From sequence record NC_062582.1: 64,000 nucleotides of DNA; one strand, given 5' to 3'. The position numbers were made by a program, and so were the translations under genes. The notes under the pieces were generated by a model that was given only the letters and a program-made list of their open reading frames with translations, ran no database searches and was not told where the DNA came from. Below, in pieces: positions 9,301-19,525 of the stretch (its first letter is position 1; each line of letters opens with the position of its first letter).

Positions 9301-10769
9301 TCCATGGCTTCTTTAATAGTCAGACCACTACCGAATGGATCGGGCATGGTGTGATAGCGCATGGCGTCATCGACGGTCTGTTCAAAGGTACGGTCAGAGA
9401 TAATACCTGCATTAAACAACTCGTGTGCTTTACCGGCTACGGTATCGGCATACTGGTCACCTACAGAGAACTTCTCTACAACTCGTTTAGCAACTTTACT
9501 TTCAGCGATTTTAAGCGCCTTAGTTTCATCTACCAAACCTGCGTTGTCTTTCTCGATGATCAGAGTAGTTTCATCCAGATCCGATTCGGGAGGAGGCTGA
9601 TACGTTACTTCCATCAAGTCCAGGTCAAAGGTACGAACAATCCGTGAGGGAGGTTTAGCCTGACCACTATCTTCTTCTGTAGTGTCACTAAGAATCTCTT
9701 CCTTCTGATTGGCTTTAACGTCATCTACTTCTTCAGGATCGATTTCACCGGCAGGAGTTGTGATGTCGTCATTGTCTTCTGGTTGCTCCAGTTCAATGGT
9801 AGACATGTCGACTTCTGTTTCGATAAGAGTATCGTTACCATGAGCGAATTCAGTCAGAGTAGTAAACAGTGAAATCAGTTTACGTTGCATCGAGTCAGGG
9901 GTAAAGAAAGCTTCCATACCAAACTCGTCAATATAAGTACCGACGTCTGCACCTTCACCAAAAGCTTCCAGAGAAGGTTTCTCTTCTTCAACTTCGTTGT
10001 CTGGTTGTTGACGCCATTCCTCAAGCTTACCCAAGTTCATGACAAAGAAATTACCTTGTACACGAATCAGGAAGTTAATCTTGTCATAAGAAGCTTTAGG
10101 GATTTTACTGAGGTAACTGGTTTCACGTTCACTACCAAAGAAGCGGTAAAGGTCAAACACGTTAAGAGCAGCAAAGCTACGGAAGTTCTCTAAAAGATCC
10201 TGAGTTGTATTTCGGGTCAGTTGTTTAAACTGAGACATCGTTGGCATGTATTCAGGAACATGCAATTCAATGAACTGGTTCCAATCCGGAAAACGTTTGC
10301 AGGATTCAGCAACACCTTCCCAGAAAGTATCAGTAATGTTCAACCAACGATAGTAGTTAGCTTTATAAGAACTTGTATACTTGTAAAGGGGATTCAACAT
10401 GCTGTAGTTAAAGATAGCTACGTTAGCAATGTTGAGTTTTACAGCGGCATCTTTACGAAGTGGTTTGAAGAAGCGGTGGTTACGACGGAAATCATTTTCC
10501 AGTGTCTGTGGCAAAACACTGGTGCGTCGTGGGTTACCGACTAGCGAATCCAGTTCGACTTTTTGCTCGATGAAAACTTTCCCTTTAAGCTTGGCGAATA
10601 CCGGGTCCGCTTGTGACGGTCCCAGTACTGCTGTATTGTCTTCCAGAAAATGGTAGACGGTCTCTAAAGGAAGATCGAGTTTCTTGATGGCATGGAGTCT
10701 CGGCTGCTGCAATTCGGACGACTGTTTGAGTCCGAAATTCTTAAGAAACAATGGGATCTTTAAACGCAT
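6360..10769 (-). CDS. virion RNA polymerase beta subunit, N-terminal part (phiKZ gp178/SPN3US gp241-like)
   Basis: 1469 aa; beta motifs (RVNFISIQQQQG, PLRTGYE, EDGSTIS, GDKAVMGNQMKTVVS, DGTPIDLIF); acidic N-terminal linker typical of vRNAP. Confidence 0.9.
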   Translation of the reverse strand: MRLKIPLFLKNFGLKQSSELQQPRLHAIKKLDLPLETVYHFLEDNTAVLGPSQADPVFAKLKGKVFIEQKVELDSLVGNPRRTSVLPQTLENDFRRNHRFFKPLRKDAAVKLNIANVAIFNYSMLNPLYKYTSSYKANYYRWLNITDTFWEGVAESCKRFPDWNQFIELHVPEYMPTMSQFKQLTRNTTQDLLENFRSFAALNVFDLYRFFGSERETSYLSKIPKASYDKINFLIRVQGNFFVMNLGKLEEWRQQPDNEVEEEKPSLEAFGEGADVGTYIDEFGMEAFFTPDSMQRKLISLFTTLTEFAHGNDTLIETEVDMSTIELEQPEDNDDITTPAGEIDPEEVDDVKANQKEEILSDTTEEDSGQAKPPSRIVRTFDLDLMEVTYQPPPESDLDETTLIIEKDNAGLVDETKALKIAESKVAKRVVEKFSVGDQYADTVAGKAHELFNAGIISDRTFEQTVDDAMRYHTMPDPFGSGLTIKEAMEIHPEDLEVPKTSYKDTSTIIDKSMLSSKHQAMMRKFNKVLLPKFILQSIIGIQAGGVSVIDVKVREDEDINNHTLSFNVTVKPIRGRASQLHFRIPVIDKDGRFKANGVISRQRQQRTDIPYRKVSPLKVALTSYINKTFVMRSERADNDYDLWLSRQITSRATDATNDTVTNPKFSELDQSAYHLPRVYTSLGKTFAGFDNGKNHFYFDYSKRKDYFQTKFSLSVEDYEKPGYVMTGVREGEPILVDDAGTFYLLESATRELEPMGTIVELLGLNLSKAPIEAINISVSNKELPVGLVLAYHKGLGALIDSLGVEYIAHQRGTKIVVSPDEFTLAFADQILVFPRSNYKAQLVLGGLKRYHQSLRTFTRHDFDSKDVYYRILESVGLSARYLRIVDSLFATWVDPITLKILQELKLPETFEDLVYKAIEDLQTDWSPGEVDGAYMRYRGYERMAGTIHSSLSAAVRRFNSREGSSDQQIVLDQHEVWRRITQDPTVAQVEDSNPIANIREQEAMTYRGDGGRGTVSMVARTRIYGEADVGVLSESTVDSGAVGVIAYLSPDANIDSMFGTTRKFNKETDGPGTMLSTSSLLAVASTNDDAKRVNFISIQQQQGMYADGYRVNPLRTGYEQIVAQRNSSIFATSADQDGEVVEVGKHGITVKYADGTYESAPLGVNHGTAAGVNYPHDLVTSLKKGDKVKLGDTISYNRKYFSEDRYTPNQVCWMSGTLPLVMFSDNLDTLEDGSTISAALAKDLNTQTTEIKNITVRFDQTVRDLVKVGDHLDLDSTLCYIEDPETAENTLFDEASIETLKLLGRAAPSAKMVGTVSKVDVLYHGDMEDMSDNLREIAEKADKIREEVAKELGRPVFTGEVDSSFRIKGQVMEPDTLVIRIYIDHDIPFGVGDKAVMGNQMKTVVSRVMTGRNELEDGTPIDLIFGNTSVEERMVMSPKISAPTILLLSILSKRVAGVYRGKVNGKAK

Positions 10770-10772
10770 TTT

Positions 10773-12425
10773 TTACGCCCTTGGTCGAGGTTCTCCGGTC
10801 ATGAACCGAAGAGTTAAATTGAGTGTGTGAATGTTCAAGCTAAATTCTTCACCACCACCAGCTTTCAAATAAGCAAGTCGTGATCCAAAGAACTTATTAG
10901 CTTCAGCAATAGCTTCTTTAGAATAAGCTGCTACAAAGGAAGCGGTGTCGCCGTCGAAGTCAGCGCCCAGTGCTGAAAGGGTTGAAGGTGGTAATGATAG
11001 CGAGTCGTGCCATTGTGCCACGTAGTCTTTACCGATGATTGGATATTCCAAAGCAACTGGCAAAGATTCATCACGTTCCCAAAGATGGTTCAGTTGATAA
11101 CGCAGCTCACCAATAACGGTAGTCTTCAGATACATGCGGCAAGGAATAGAACTGTTATAGTTCTCGATCGGATAACGTGTTACGATACCGACGTTAGTGT
11201 TCCACATAGATAGGCCGGACAGGTAAATCAACTCGGCATAAGAAATAGGTCGAACAAATTTTGGATTCAGATTGTCCGGGAGTTCCTCAATATCTCGGAA
11301 GACTTTGAAGTTCTCGTCATTGTCCAAATAGACCAAGCCGATGTAATGACCTTCGATCTCAATAGGACGACCACGCTGTTCAACTACCCGAAGATCGTTG
11401 ATAACCTTTTCCAAACCATCTGGGGTACCCCACTTATCAATGATAGCTGTAGGGACATCTACCCATACGCGCTTGAGAGTCTTCTTGTCCAGCAATTGAA
11501 CACGGTTGGTGTTCGAGTCAAAGATCTCAGCGATGATAGAGTTCCGTAAATGGAAGATCGTTTTAGGTTTAACAGCAACAGAACCTTGCAACAGACCAAT
11601 AGCTACGTCTTTAAATCCAGGACGGTTAGGACGATCCAAGTCGGCTGCGTTCGTATCCAGAGAACTGATTACGTTACGAGTACCGTTGAAGACTTTACGC
11701 GAAGCCCAGTTAGCTTGGATGAAACCACCCTTACCCGACAACAGCTTTTCAAAGTGATCATAGATCGCTTGAATGTTATTTTGGATAGCTACTCGCTTAC
11801 GGTCATAAATAGCTTTGTCATCGTTGGGACCAAAGTAATCTGGGATACCGTACGTCTGGTTTAACAGAGCGCGATAGTGTTCGTTTACTTCATCGAGAGT
11901 TACACGACCATAGGCATCGATCTCAACCTCGCGGTAGGCCGCAGGACAGACGACAAAGTTTTCTAGGATACAGTTATTGAGATACTTCGCAATCAGTTGT
12001 AAACGGTTCTTACGGATGCCTGAACCGGTATCTTGGAAGTCTACCTTACGCCAGTTATCAAAGAAAAAGGTATAACCGGTTTTACCATCGAGTTCGTTCG
12101 ATTTAATGAAGTCATTTACAGACTTGTCAAAGATAGCGTAAGCCTTACCAAGGATAATGTCTTCATAGAAAGCTTTGAGTTTCAGAATGTTCCGGTATAC
12201 AACTGGATGAATTACGGGCAAGCCTAATTTAATGTAACCGAACCGACCTTCTCGTTCAGCAGAACCGATACGACCGAAGGTCTCTACAGAAAACAAACCA
12301 TTCTCATGGAAGTTGCCACCAAGACCTTCAAAGATCTCGTGGCTGGTAACCTGTCCCAGCATTTTAAGTTGCTGGTTGGTAGGAATCAATAAACTAATAT
12401 TGAAGGGAACTAACGCTTTTTTCAT
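10773..12425 (-). CDS. virion RNA polymerase beta' middle subunit (phiKZ gp180/SPN3US gp240-like)
   Basis: Catalytic ADFDGD motif; FHENGLFSVETFG; TRNVIS; TRYPI. Confidence 0.92.
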   Translation of the reverse strand: MKKALVPFNISLLIPTNQQLKMLGQVTSHEIFEGLGGNFHENGLFSVETFGRIGSAEREGRFGYIKLGLPVIHPVVYRNILKLKAFYEDIILGKAYAIFDKSVNDFIKSNELDGKTGYTFFFDNWRKVDFQDTGSGIRKNRLQLIAKYLNNCILENFVVCPAAYREVEIDAYGRVTLDEVNEHYRALLNQTYGIPDYFGPNDDKAIYDRKRVAIQNNIQAIYDHFEKLLSGKGGFIQANWASRKVFNGTRNVISSLDTNAADLDRPNRPGFKDVAIGLLQGSVAVKPKTIFHLRNSIIAEIFDSNTNRVQLLDKKTLKRVWVDVPTAIIDKWGTPDGLEKVINDLRVVEQRGRPIEIEGHYIGLVYLDNDENFKVFRDIEELPDNLNPKFVRPISYAELIYLSGLSMWNTNVGIVTRYPIENYNSSIPCRMYLKTTVIGELRYQLNHLWERDESLPVALEYPIIGKDYVAQWHDSLSLPPSTLSALGADFDGDTASFVAAYSKEAIAEANKFFGSRLAYLKAGGGEEFSLNIHTLNLTLRFMTGEPRPRA

Positions 12426-12491
12426 TGGGTTATCCTCGTGGGAGTGTTTGCATGTTAACGATATGATTATTTAACATCAATGGAGCTAGAA

Positions 12492-15400
12492 ATGGCTAAT
12501 AAAAAAGTAGATCTACCTAAGGCTCCCGGTACGGATTCCCGTGGGAACATCGCGCTGCCTGGCGGACCTAGGGTATTAGACCTTAGCGACTATGATGACC
12601 TGTTTGGAGATATCACGTCAGACTCAAAGAAGTCTGGTTGGGAACAATTCAAAGAGGGCTTCACGGCTTCACTGTCTAATCGACTAGATACAAAAGATAC
12701 TATTCGGAACTTCTTGCGTTCAGCTGCACCGGAAGGAATTAGTTCTGCCTTTGGTGCTTATGACGACTTTAAACAATCAGTTGGTAATATCAAGGATACC
12801 CTTGAAAGAACTAACGCTGCGGATCTGGAATACATTTCCCGTAGAGCACAGGATTATTTACCTCAGTTAAAAGATTACATGTCCGATGATTTCTTTAATG
12901 AAATTAATGAGGGACTGGAAGCAAGAATTGAGGATTACAAATACACTGTTGATGCAACACGCAATCAAACAGCTATTCGCGCAAAAGCAAAAGACGAACA
13001 GGAAGACCGTACGATTCAGTTGGCTCTGGATAACATTGCACTGAGTGCTAAGTTAGACCATAACCGTTCTGAACAGGCCGCTAATCGCCGTGATAAAGTT
13101 CATCGTGCTGAACGTGGTTTACGAGATGTTGTTGATACTAAACGTTTCAACTTCCTTGCTCGAACCATGGGTATGATGGCTGATAACACAGCTAACATTA
13201 AGAACTACCAGGAACAGTTTGATGCTGGCGTTAAACGTAAAGGTCTGGAATTACAATTCCGTACATTTATGGGTATCAAGGATCTCGTACGTTTGGCTGA
13301 GACTTCTCTCCAAGTACAAATCCAAGCCGCAGAACAATTAGTTCGTAATACAGGTACACCTGATCATCAGAAAGGCGCACTTGCAGATAACCGTAAGTTC
13401 CAACGTCAAGGTATGTCTGGGACGGGTAATAGGTTATTGCAGGGTGCCGGTCGTGGTCTACAACAATACCTGGGTGGTTTTGGTGGTAATGTAGAAGACC
13501 GTGTATCACAAGGTCTTGGTAGTCGTTTATCGGAAATTGTACAAGCTGCACGCATGACCGAAAATGGCCCTAGTATGTGGGATCAGAAATACAATATCCT
13601 TGGTAGTCTAGCTGGTGAACTATTTGGTGATGGTATTCAAAATCACCTTGTTCCAATGGCAGGTCGTGAGTTAAGACCTACAGCTACTAAGCTGGTTAAC
13701 AAATACGGTGGTGGTAAGCATAACCAACTTGGTTATCTCTTAGACAACATTCCTGCTTTTGCTCAAGAGTTTGTAAACAACCAACAAAACCAATATGGTG
13801 CACGGGGTGTGTTACGTGACCTGATCGCTCCATATATTCCGACCTTTGGTTTGCAAGATCGTCTTAAAGATGGTACCTATCAAACAATTGATCAGCAAGC
13901 GAGCTTTAACCAAATGACTCAGCGAAGCATCGTTGAAGTTATCCCTAGTTTGCTTTCCACCGCTGTTCAAGAATTACGTATGATTCGTACTGGTCGTGAT
14001 GATGTATCTCGTGAAGTATTTGACATCACTACTGGTAAAATGACCATCGAGAAAACAGCTAATGACAATTTGCTGAAACGTATTATTCCCGATAACGCTA
14101 TTCGTGCTGCTTCGTCTACAATCAACGATGCCTTGAACACATTTGATCCAGACGGTCAACTGTCCCCTACTGCTCGTAAAGCTTTGGCTGAACGTATGTT
14201 GCGTGAGTCTTCACATAACAAACGGTTTGATCCGGAACAATACTTGAAGTCAGGTGGTTATGCCGATGGGATGCGTGGTGAAACCGCCGATGAACTCGGT
14301 CGTTTCTTCCGTGGTAAATTTGAATTTGACTCGAAAGGGAAAATGAAAGATACCGCTGGTAACCATCAATTACGACAGGACTGGTCTCAAGCCTTCTTGG
14401 ATATCCGTTCTATTAGTCGTGACCCTTACAAAGAGATTGAGCGTCTTATTGCATCGGGTCGTACTGAACCATTACGGATGATGGGTATCATTACAACTGA
14501 AGGCAACCAAGACCGTATTAATTACGAACGTATTTGGGAAATCTTAAGGTCTGGTGTAACTGGTAATAATCCATATGCCCCTGGTGGTAGTGGATTTGAT
14601 CCTAATAAAGATGACATGTCTGGTACATACGGACATAAAGACTTTATGGGTCCAGCTTACGAAGGTGAAGCAAAACGTTTTACTAACAACATGTTACGCA
14701 AGACTCGTGATCGCTTTACTCCAGTTGAGAAATCTGCACGTGATGCAGCTGCTCGACGTATTCGTGAACTGCGTGCTAAATATGGTAATAACGCACACAA
14801 AATCGCCGAGATGATGGAGCAGTTCCAAGCTGATCCAAAAGGTAGTATGGCGGCAGGTTATGGGAAAGCTACTGATTTCACTGCTCAACTCATGGGTGGT
14901 CAATTCGGTGTAGGTAATATGAAAGCCAAGGTTGAATCAGCTTATGATAAAGCTATGGCTAGTATGACTCCAGAAGCTAAAGGCTCTTTTGTTCCAGCAG
15001 GTATGGATAAACTAACTGACCTTTATTCTAAGTTCAACCCAAGCGAACCTTTGATCAAGGCAATTGATTTTATACAAGGTAAACTTGTCGACTTAAAGAC
15101 CAAAGTCATCATTACTAAACCTAGTGATATCACTGGTACTGTTATTAACCTCGACGGCATGACGGTTGCTTCTGCTCGTGAAGTTGCTGCTGGTCTATTT
15201 AATGGATTGGGTGACAAAATTGTTAGTATTGCTTCTGCAATTGGTGATGCTGCATCTAATGCTATCGCTAGATACCAAGGGCTCCATGCATCGGCACCAG
15301 ACGCAATGTCTGACCCGAGCAACCCAGATGCGCCACAAGACCTGAGTTTATCTCCTGGTGAAGATGTTGTTATCACTGCACGTGGTATTGAGAATGGGGA

Positions 15401-18400
15401 ATACTTTAACCGTTCAACGGGTAAGCTTGTTACTTCGATGGAGGACTTGGATGGTGACATCGTAGACCGTGATGGTAATGTGGTTGTTACGGCACAAGAA
15501 GTTCGTGAAGGATTATACAGCTACAAAACTGGTAAACGTTGGAAACTATCTAAGGGTGCTGCTAAAGTACTCAAGTCACTCGGTTCGTTAAGTCGTTTCT
15601 CTGGCATGACCGCAACACAACTAGGTTTCCATGCTATCAAGTTTATGGGTAAAGCTGCAATCGGTATTGGTTCGAAAGCTTTTAACTTCTTTGTAGAAAA
15701 CCAGAACGCTTACTTACCTGATTCTCCTGATCCGGTATTCACCCGTCGTCAACTTAAGGCAGGTGACTATTTCGATGAGAAAGGTAAGGTCATTGAAGAC
15801 TTCGTAGATGTTTACGGTTTGATCTACGGTAAAGACGGTGAACCTGTAATCGCCCAGGATCAGTATAAGAACCTGATGAACTACGATGGTACTAAACACC
15901 AACTCGCTAAGAACAAGACCTTTATTGGTCGTACCTTAATGCGGGGTCTTCGTGGTATTCGTTCTGCCTATACTGCCGCTTCCATGCGTTACTGGAAATG
16001 GCTTGGTCGTAAGACTGTATCGGTTGGCGGTGCTTTAGGTCGTAAGACTCTTGGTGGTTTTGCTAAGGTCGGCGGTAACCTTTTCAATAAGGTATTTGAG
16101 AAAGCCGATCCAGAAGCTATGGCTAACCCTACCAACATGATTCTTGCACAGATCCTGCAACAGCTTCAAGCTAATGCTCCTGAACCAGAAGAACGTGCAG
16201 GTAGTTGGAAAGACAAAGCTAAGAAGAAAGCAATGGAACTTGGCGGTAACGTCAAAGAGAAATTGGGTATGAACCGCGACAAAACTTTGCTCGGTGGTTT
16301 GATGTCTACTCTTGGCGGTCTGTTCGGTAAGAAGAAAGGGAAGGACAAAGATGACGAGGATGATGACGATGGTTTCGGTTTAGATGATGCGGCAGATATG
16401 GCTGACATCGGTGATTCCATTGACAATGCACGTGAACGGCGCCGTCGTAAGAAACTACGTGGTAAAGGTAAACCTGGTCGCTTGAGTCGTATTGCCTCTA
16501 AAGGATGGAATGCTCTCAAAGGTTCTCGTCTAGCGGGTCTGGCTGGTACTGGTCTAGCTGCTGGTGCAAGTACTCTTGCTGGTACAGCTGCTGCCGGTTC
16601 GCTTGTTAATGGTGCCATTGCTGTAGGTTCTACCATTGCTACAGGCGTTGCTACTTTGTTGTCGGCTCCTGCTTGGTTGTTAGTGGGTGGTGCTGCCTTA
16701 ATTGGTGGTGGTGCTTACTTGGGTTACCGTGCTTACAAAGCATCAGGCGACTTTAAATATCTGCGTATGATGCAATACGGTATCACTTCAACTGGTGAGA
16801 AATTATCGGTACTGAAGATGGAAGCTGCGTTGGAGAAATATACGGATAAGAGTTCTGATACCCCAACCATGAATATCAACTCTGATATTGCTAAGGAAAT
16901 TCTTGGTGCTATGGATATTGATATTAAGGATGTTCCACGCGTCATGGCATTCAGTCGTTGGATGGACATGCGTTTTAAACCTGTATACCTCTCGTATTGC
17001 AAATCGCTTGGGGCATTGGGTCTGAAGAATGTAGCGTTGAATGACATTGACGATAAAGTACCAGATGAACAAAAGGCTGACCTCTTGGCTGGCGTTAAGT
17101 TCTCTTACGAAGGTGAAACTCCCTACAACTACTTGGACAACCCGTTTGATCCAGATAGCAAATTGGATAACACTATTCCGGAGATCAAAGAACAGTTTGA
17201 TAAACTGACTGAGAAATTCGCCGGTGCCAAAGCTAAGGCCGATAAGGCTAAAGGCGAAGCAGGTACTGAAGCTGATAAAGCTAAGACTGATGCCACAACT
17301 GTAGCAGCAGGCACTGCCGCAGCGACAGCCACTGTAACAGCTGCTGACATCGTTCAAGACCAAAAGGATAACGCTGCACCACCAGGACCACAAAGTGCTT
17401 CAGACGTGGTTAAAGGAGCTGCTAAGGTAGCTGCCTTAAGTGGGATCGCTTCTGGTGCGGTACCAGCAGAGAAAGTAGGTAAAGAACTGACTTCATTGCA
17501 ATCTATTCGGATGCGTGCTTACGGCTTGCAGACTTTGGGTATTGCGGATGTTGAATCCTTGCTTACACTTGAGTACGTGTATTCTCGTGACCTTTCTGTA
17601 TCGGATGGTACTATCGATTACACAGGTGACTTCCAAGTCTTCTTACGAGAAGCTGGTACCTATCTGGGTATGTCTACTGCTGTTGGTTCGGATAGTCGTA
17701 ACAAACTGTCTAACTGGCTGGCTTCGCGTTTTGCTCCTGCATTCCGTGCTTACTGGAACGCCGTACTGAGTAAGTCTCCAACTGCTCAATTGAGTTCGGT
17801 TGAATCCCAACTTAAGATCAACGAAAAGATTATCGCAGCTAACGCGATCATGGGTGCTTCTAACTCCATGGGCGATTCTATTTGGGATGTTGATTCTATC
17901 TTCGAAGTAACTGGTAAACTGTCAGACCTTCGGGCATTGGCAGAAGCAGATCTTAAATACCTGAAGGATGTAGGTGATAAAGATATTGCTGGTACTCCAA
18001 CACAGAAAGCCTCTGACCAGGTAGCGGGTAAGAATAACGCTTCTATGGGTGGTAGCTTTGTTGATAGTGTTGTAGACAGCGCGAAGAATGCTTGGGACAC
18101 TACTAAGTCAACAGTCGGTGATGCTTACAACAAGGTTGCTGGTTGGTTTGGTGGTGGGGAAACTAAAGACGGAAATCTTTCGTTCCCTGAAGGCGGTTAT
18201 AAGAACACATCGGGTACACAAGTTGCAAGTACCGGTGTTACGTTTGGTTCGTTAGCTAAAGGTAATGGCGGCAAGTGGGAAGATGTTCCAATGCCTACTG
18301 CCAACGGTACTGCTAAGGGTGCTGCACCTACATTTAAAGCTGCGGCTGCGATGGTAGGTATCCCAGTAGAACTGATGTTCATTATCGCGGGTATTGAGTC

Positions 18401-19472
18401 GGGCTACAAATACGACATCTCTGCTCAGCCGTCTGTCAACAAGAAGACTGGTGAACGTTCTAAACAATCAAGTGCTTATGGCTGGTTCCAATTCCTGAAC
18501 GCAACATGGGATGAAGTCTACAGTAAAGTAATTAGTCAATTCGGTGCTCCTGCCGATGACGCTGCACGTTCGATGCGGAAAGACCCACGACTCCAAGCTC
18601 TGGCTGGTGCGTTGTTTATTAAGGGTAACTACGATCGACTGAGTAAAGCTCTGGGACGTCCTATCTCTGATACGGATATCTACATTGCTCACTTCTTAGG
18701 TGCAGGCGGTGCAATTCAGTTCCTCAAAGCTGATCCAAATGCACTGGGTTACCAAGTGATGAAAGATGCTTGGAGTTCTAACCTTACCATCTTCTTCGTA
18801 GGTGGTGACAAGTCGAAACCTCGGACGGTTGCGCAGATCTACAAGTTGTTCGACGATAAGATTGCTAAGTATCGTCAAGGTGCTGGTACCCCTTCTGATG
18901 TTCCTCAAACTGTCGGTGCGGAAGTATCGCCAGAGAAGGCAGCAGAAGAACAAGCGCAAGCTGCTCAGGCTACACAAGCCCCTCCTGAAGAAGATCCAAC
19001 TAAGAACAAAGATGATTCGTCATCTGGTTCTAGTGGCCCAAGTTCTCCAGGGCAAGCTATCGCAGGTACTGCTCCAGGTGCACCAGGCATGTCTCCTTCT
19101 ACTACTAATGGATTGCCTTCGGGTGGTGCTGGTAGCATTGGTCAAGACTCTGGTGGTAGTTCGATTGATGCACAGCGTCAAGCTAGTGAAGAAGCCGCAC
19201 TACAGGCACAACAACGTCGTGATCAAGAGTTACGTAAAACTAAACAAACCGATAATGAAATCGATAAGATTAGAGTGCGTCAACTCGATGCGATCTTGGA
19301 GATTCGTGATTTGATAAAAGAAATGGCAGGTCAAGGCGGTATCAATCGTCCATCTGCTAATGATTCAAGAATGGGGGTTTCTACAGGTACCAACGGTACC
19401 AGCAATAGTATGACCACACCTATTCAGAATCGCTCCGCTCAATATCGCGAGAGTCCATTAACACTGAAATAA
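12492..19472 (+). CDS. tail tape-measure/lytic transglycosylase protein (phiKZ gp181/SPN3US gp239-like)
   Basis: About 2326 aa; SLT motifs IAGIES, SSAYGWFQFLNATW, YIAHFLGAGG near 18370-18720; internal DG-containing repeats; synteny; start at 12492 (GGAG RBS). Confidence 0.88.
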   Translation: MANKKVDLPKAPGTDSRGNIALPGGPRVLDLSDYDDLFGDITSDSKKSGWEQFKEGFTASLSNRLDTKDTIRNFLRSAAPEGISSAFGAYDDFKQSVGNIKDTLERTNAADLEYISRRAQDYLPQLKDYMSDDFFNEINEGLEARIEDYKYTVDATRNQTAIRAKAKDEQEDRTIQLALDNIALSAKLDHNRSEQAANRRDKVHRAERGLRDVVDTKRFNFLARTMGMMADNTANIKNYQEQFDAGVKRKGLELQFRTFMGIKDLVRLAETSLQVQIQAAEQLVRNTGTPDHQKGALADNRKFQRQGMSGTGNRLLQGAGRGLQQYLGGFGGNVEDRVSQGLGSRLSEIVQAARMTENGPSMWDQKYNILGSLAGELFGDGIQNHLVPMAGRELRPTATKLVNKYGGGKHNQLGYLLDNIPAFAQEFVNNQQNQYGARGVLRDLIAPYIPTFGLQDRLKDGTYQTIDQQASFNQMTQRSIVEVIPSLLSTAVQELRMIRTGRDDVSREVFDITTGKMTIEKTANDNLLKRIIPDNAIRAASSTINDALNTFDPDGQLSPTARKALAERMLRESSHNKRFDPEQYLKSGGYADGMRGETADELGRFFRGKFEFDSKGKMKDTAGNHQLRQDWSQAFLDIRSISRDPYKEIERLIASGRTEPLRMMGIITTEGNQDRINYERIWEILRSGVTGNNPYAPGGSGFDPNKDDMSGTYGHKDFMGPAYEGEAKRFTNNMLRKTRDRFTPVEKSARDAAARRIRELRAKYGNNAHKIAEMMEQFQADPKGSMAAGYGKATDFTAQLMGGQFGVGNMKAKVESAYDKAMASMTPEAKGSFVPAGMDKLTDLYSKFNPSEPLIKAIDFIQGKLVDLKTKVIITKPSDITGTVINLDGMTVASAREVAAGLFNGLGDKIVSIASAIGDAASNAIARYQGLHASAPDAMSDPSNPDAPQDLSLSPGEDVVITARGIENGEYFNRSTGKLVTSMEDLDGDIVDRDGNVVVTAQEVREGLYSYKTGKRWKLSKGAAKVLKSLGSLSRFSGMTATQLGFHAIKFMGKAAIGIGSKAFNFFVENQNAYLPDSPDPVFTRRQLKAGDYFDEKGKVIEDFVDVYGLIYGKDGEPVIAQDQYKNLMNYDGTKHQLAKNKTFIGRTLMRGLRGIRSAYTAASMRYWKWLGRKTVSVGGALGRKTLGGFAKVGGNLFNKVFEKADPEAMANPTNMILAQILQQLQANAPEPEERAGSWKDKAKKKAMELGGNVKEKLGMNRDKTLLGGLMSTLGGLFGKKKGKDKDDEDDDDGFGLDDAADMADIGDSIDNARERRRRKKLRGKGKPGRLSRIASKGWNALKGSRLAGLAGTGLAAGASTLAGTAAAGSLVNGAIAVGSTIATGVATLLSAPAWLLVGGAALIGGGAYLGYRAYKASGDFKYLRMMQYGITSTGEKLSVLKMEAALEKYTDKSSDTPTMNINSDIAKEILGAMDIDIKDVPRVMAFSRWMDMRFKPVYLSYCKSLGALGLKNVALNDIDDKVPDEQKADLLAGVKFSYEGETPYNYLDNPFDPDSKLDNTIPEIKEQFDKLTEKFAGAKAKADKAKGEAGTEADKAKTDATTVAAGTAAATATVTAADIVQDQKDNAAPPGPQSASDVVKGAAKVAALSGIASGAVPAEKVGKELTSLQSIRMRAYGLQTLGIADVESLLTLEYVYSRDLSVSDGTIDYTGDFQVFLREAGTYLGMSTAVGSDSRNKLSNWLASRFAPAFRAYWNAVLSKSPTAQLSSVESQLKINEKIIAANAIMGASNSMGDSIWDVDSIFEVTGKLSDLRALAEADLKYLKDVGDKDIAGTPTQKASDQVAGKNNASMGGSFVDSVVDSAKNAWDTTKSTVGDAYNKVAGWFGGGETKDGNLSFPEGGYKNTSGTQVASTGVTFGSLAKGNGGKWEDVPMPTANGTAKGAAPTFKAAAAMVGIPVELMFIIAGIESGYKYDISAQPSVNKKTGERSKQSSAYGWFQFLNATWDEVYSKVISQFGAPADDAARSMRKDPRLQALAGALFIKGNYDRLSKALGRPISDTDIYIAHFLGAGGAIQFLKADPNALGYQVMKDAWSSNLTIFFVGGDKSKPRTVAQIYKLFDDKIAKYRQGAGTPSDVPQTVGAEVSPEKAAEEQAQAAQATQAPPEEDPTKNKDDSSSGSSGPSSPGQAIAGTAPGAPGMSPSTTNGLPSGGAGSIGQDSGGSSIDAQRQASEEAALQAQQRRDQELRKTKQTDNEIDKIRVRQLDAILEIRDLIKEMAGQGGINRPSANDSRMGVSTGTNGTSNSMTTPIQNRSAQYRESPLTLK

Positions 19473-19474
19473 CA

Positions 19475-19507
19475 TAGTGGTCATCCCTTCGGGGATGACT
19501 ATTATTT
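19475..19507 (+). terminator. intrinsic terminator-like hairpin
   Basis: GTCATCCC-TTCG-GGGATGAC followed by TATTATTT. Confidence 0.7.
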
Positions 19508-19525
19508 CGACTTGAGGTTTTTCTC

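Noticed and set aside
6360-12425. Possible inteins or introns in the vRNAP subunits
   Set aside because: Lengths are typical for these subunits; no Cys/Ser...His-Asn intein ends, homing endonuclease motifs or frame breaks seen.
16166-18977. Minus-strand ORFs within the tape-measure gene
   Set aside because: Low-complexity antisense shadows of Ala/Gly-rich coding sequence.
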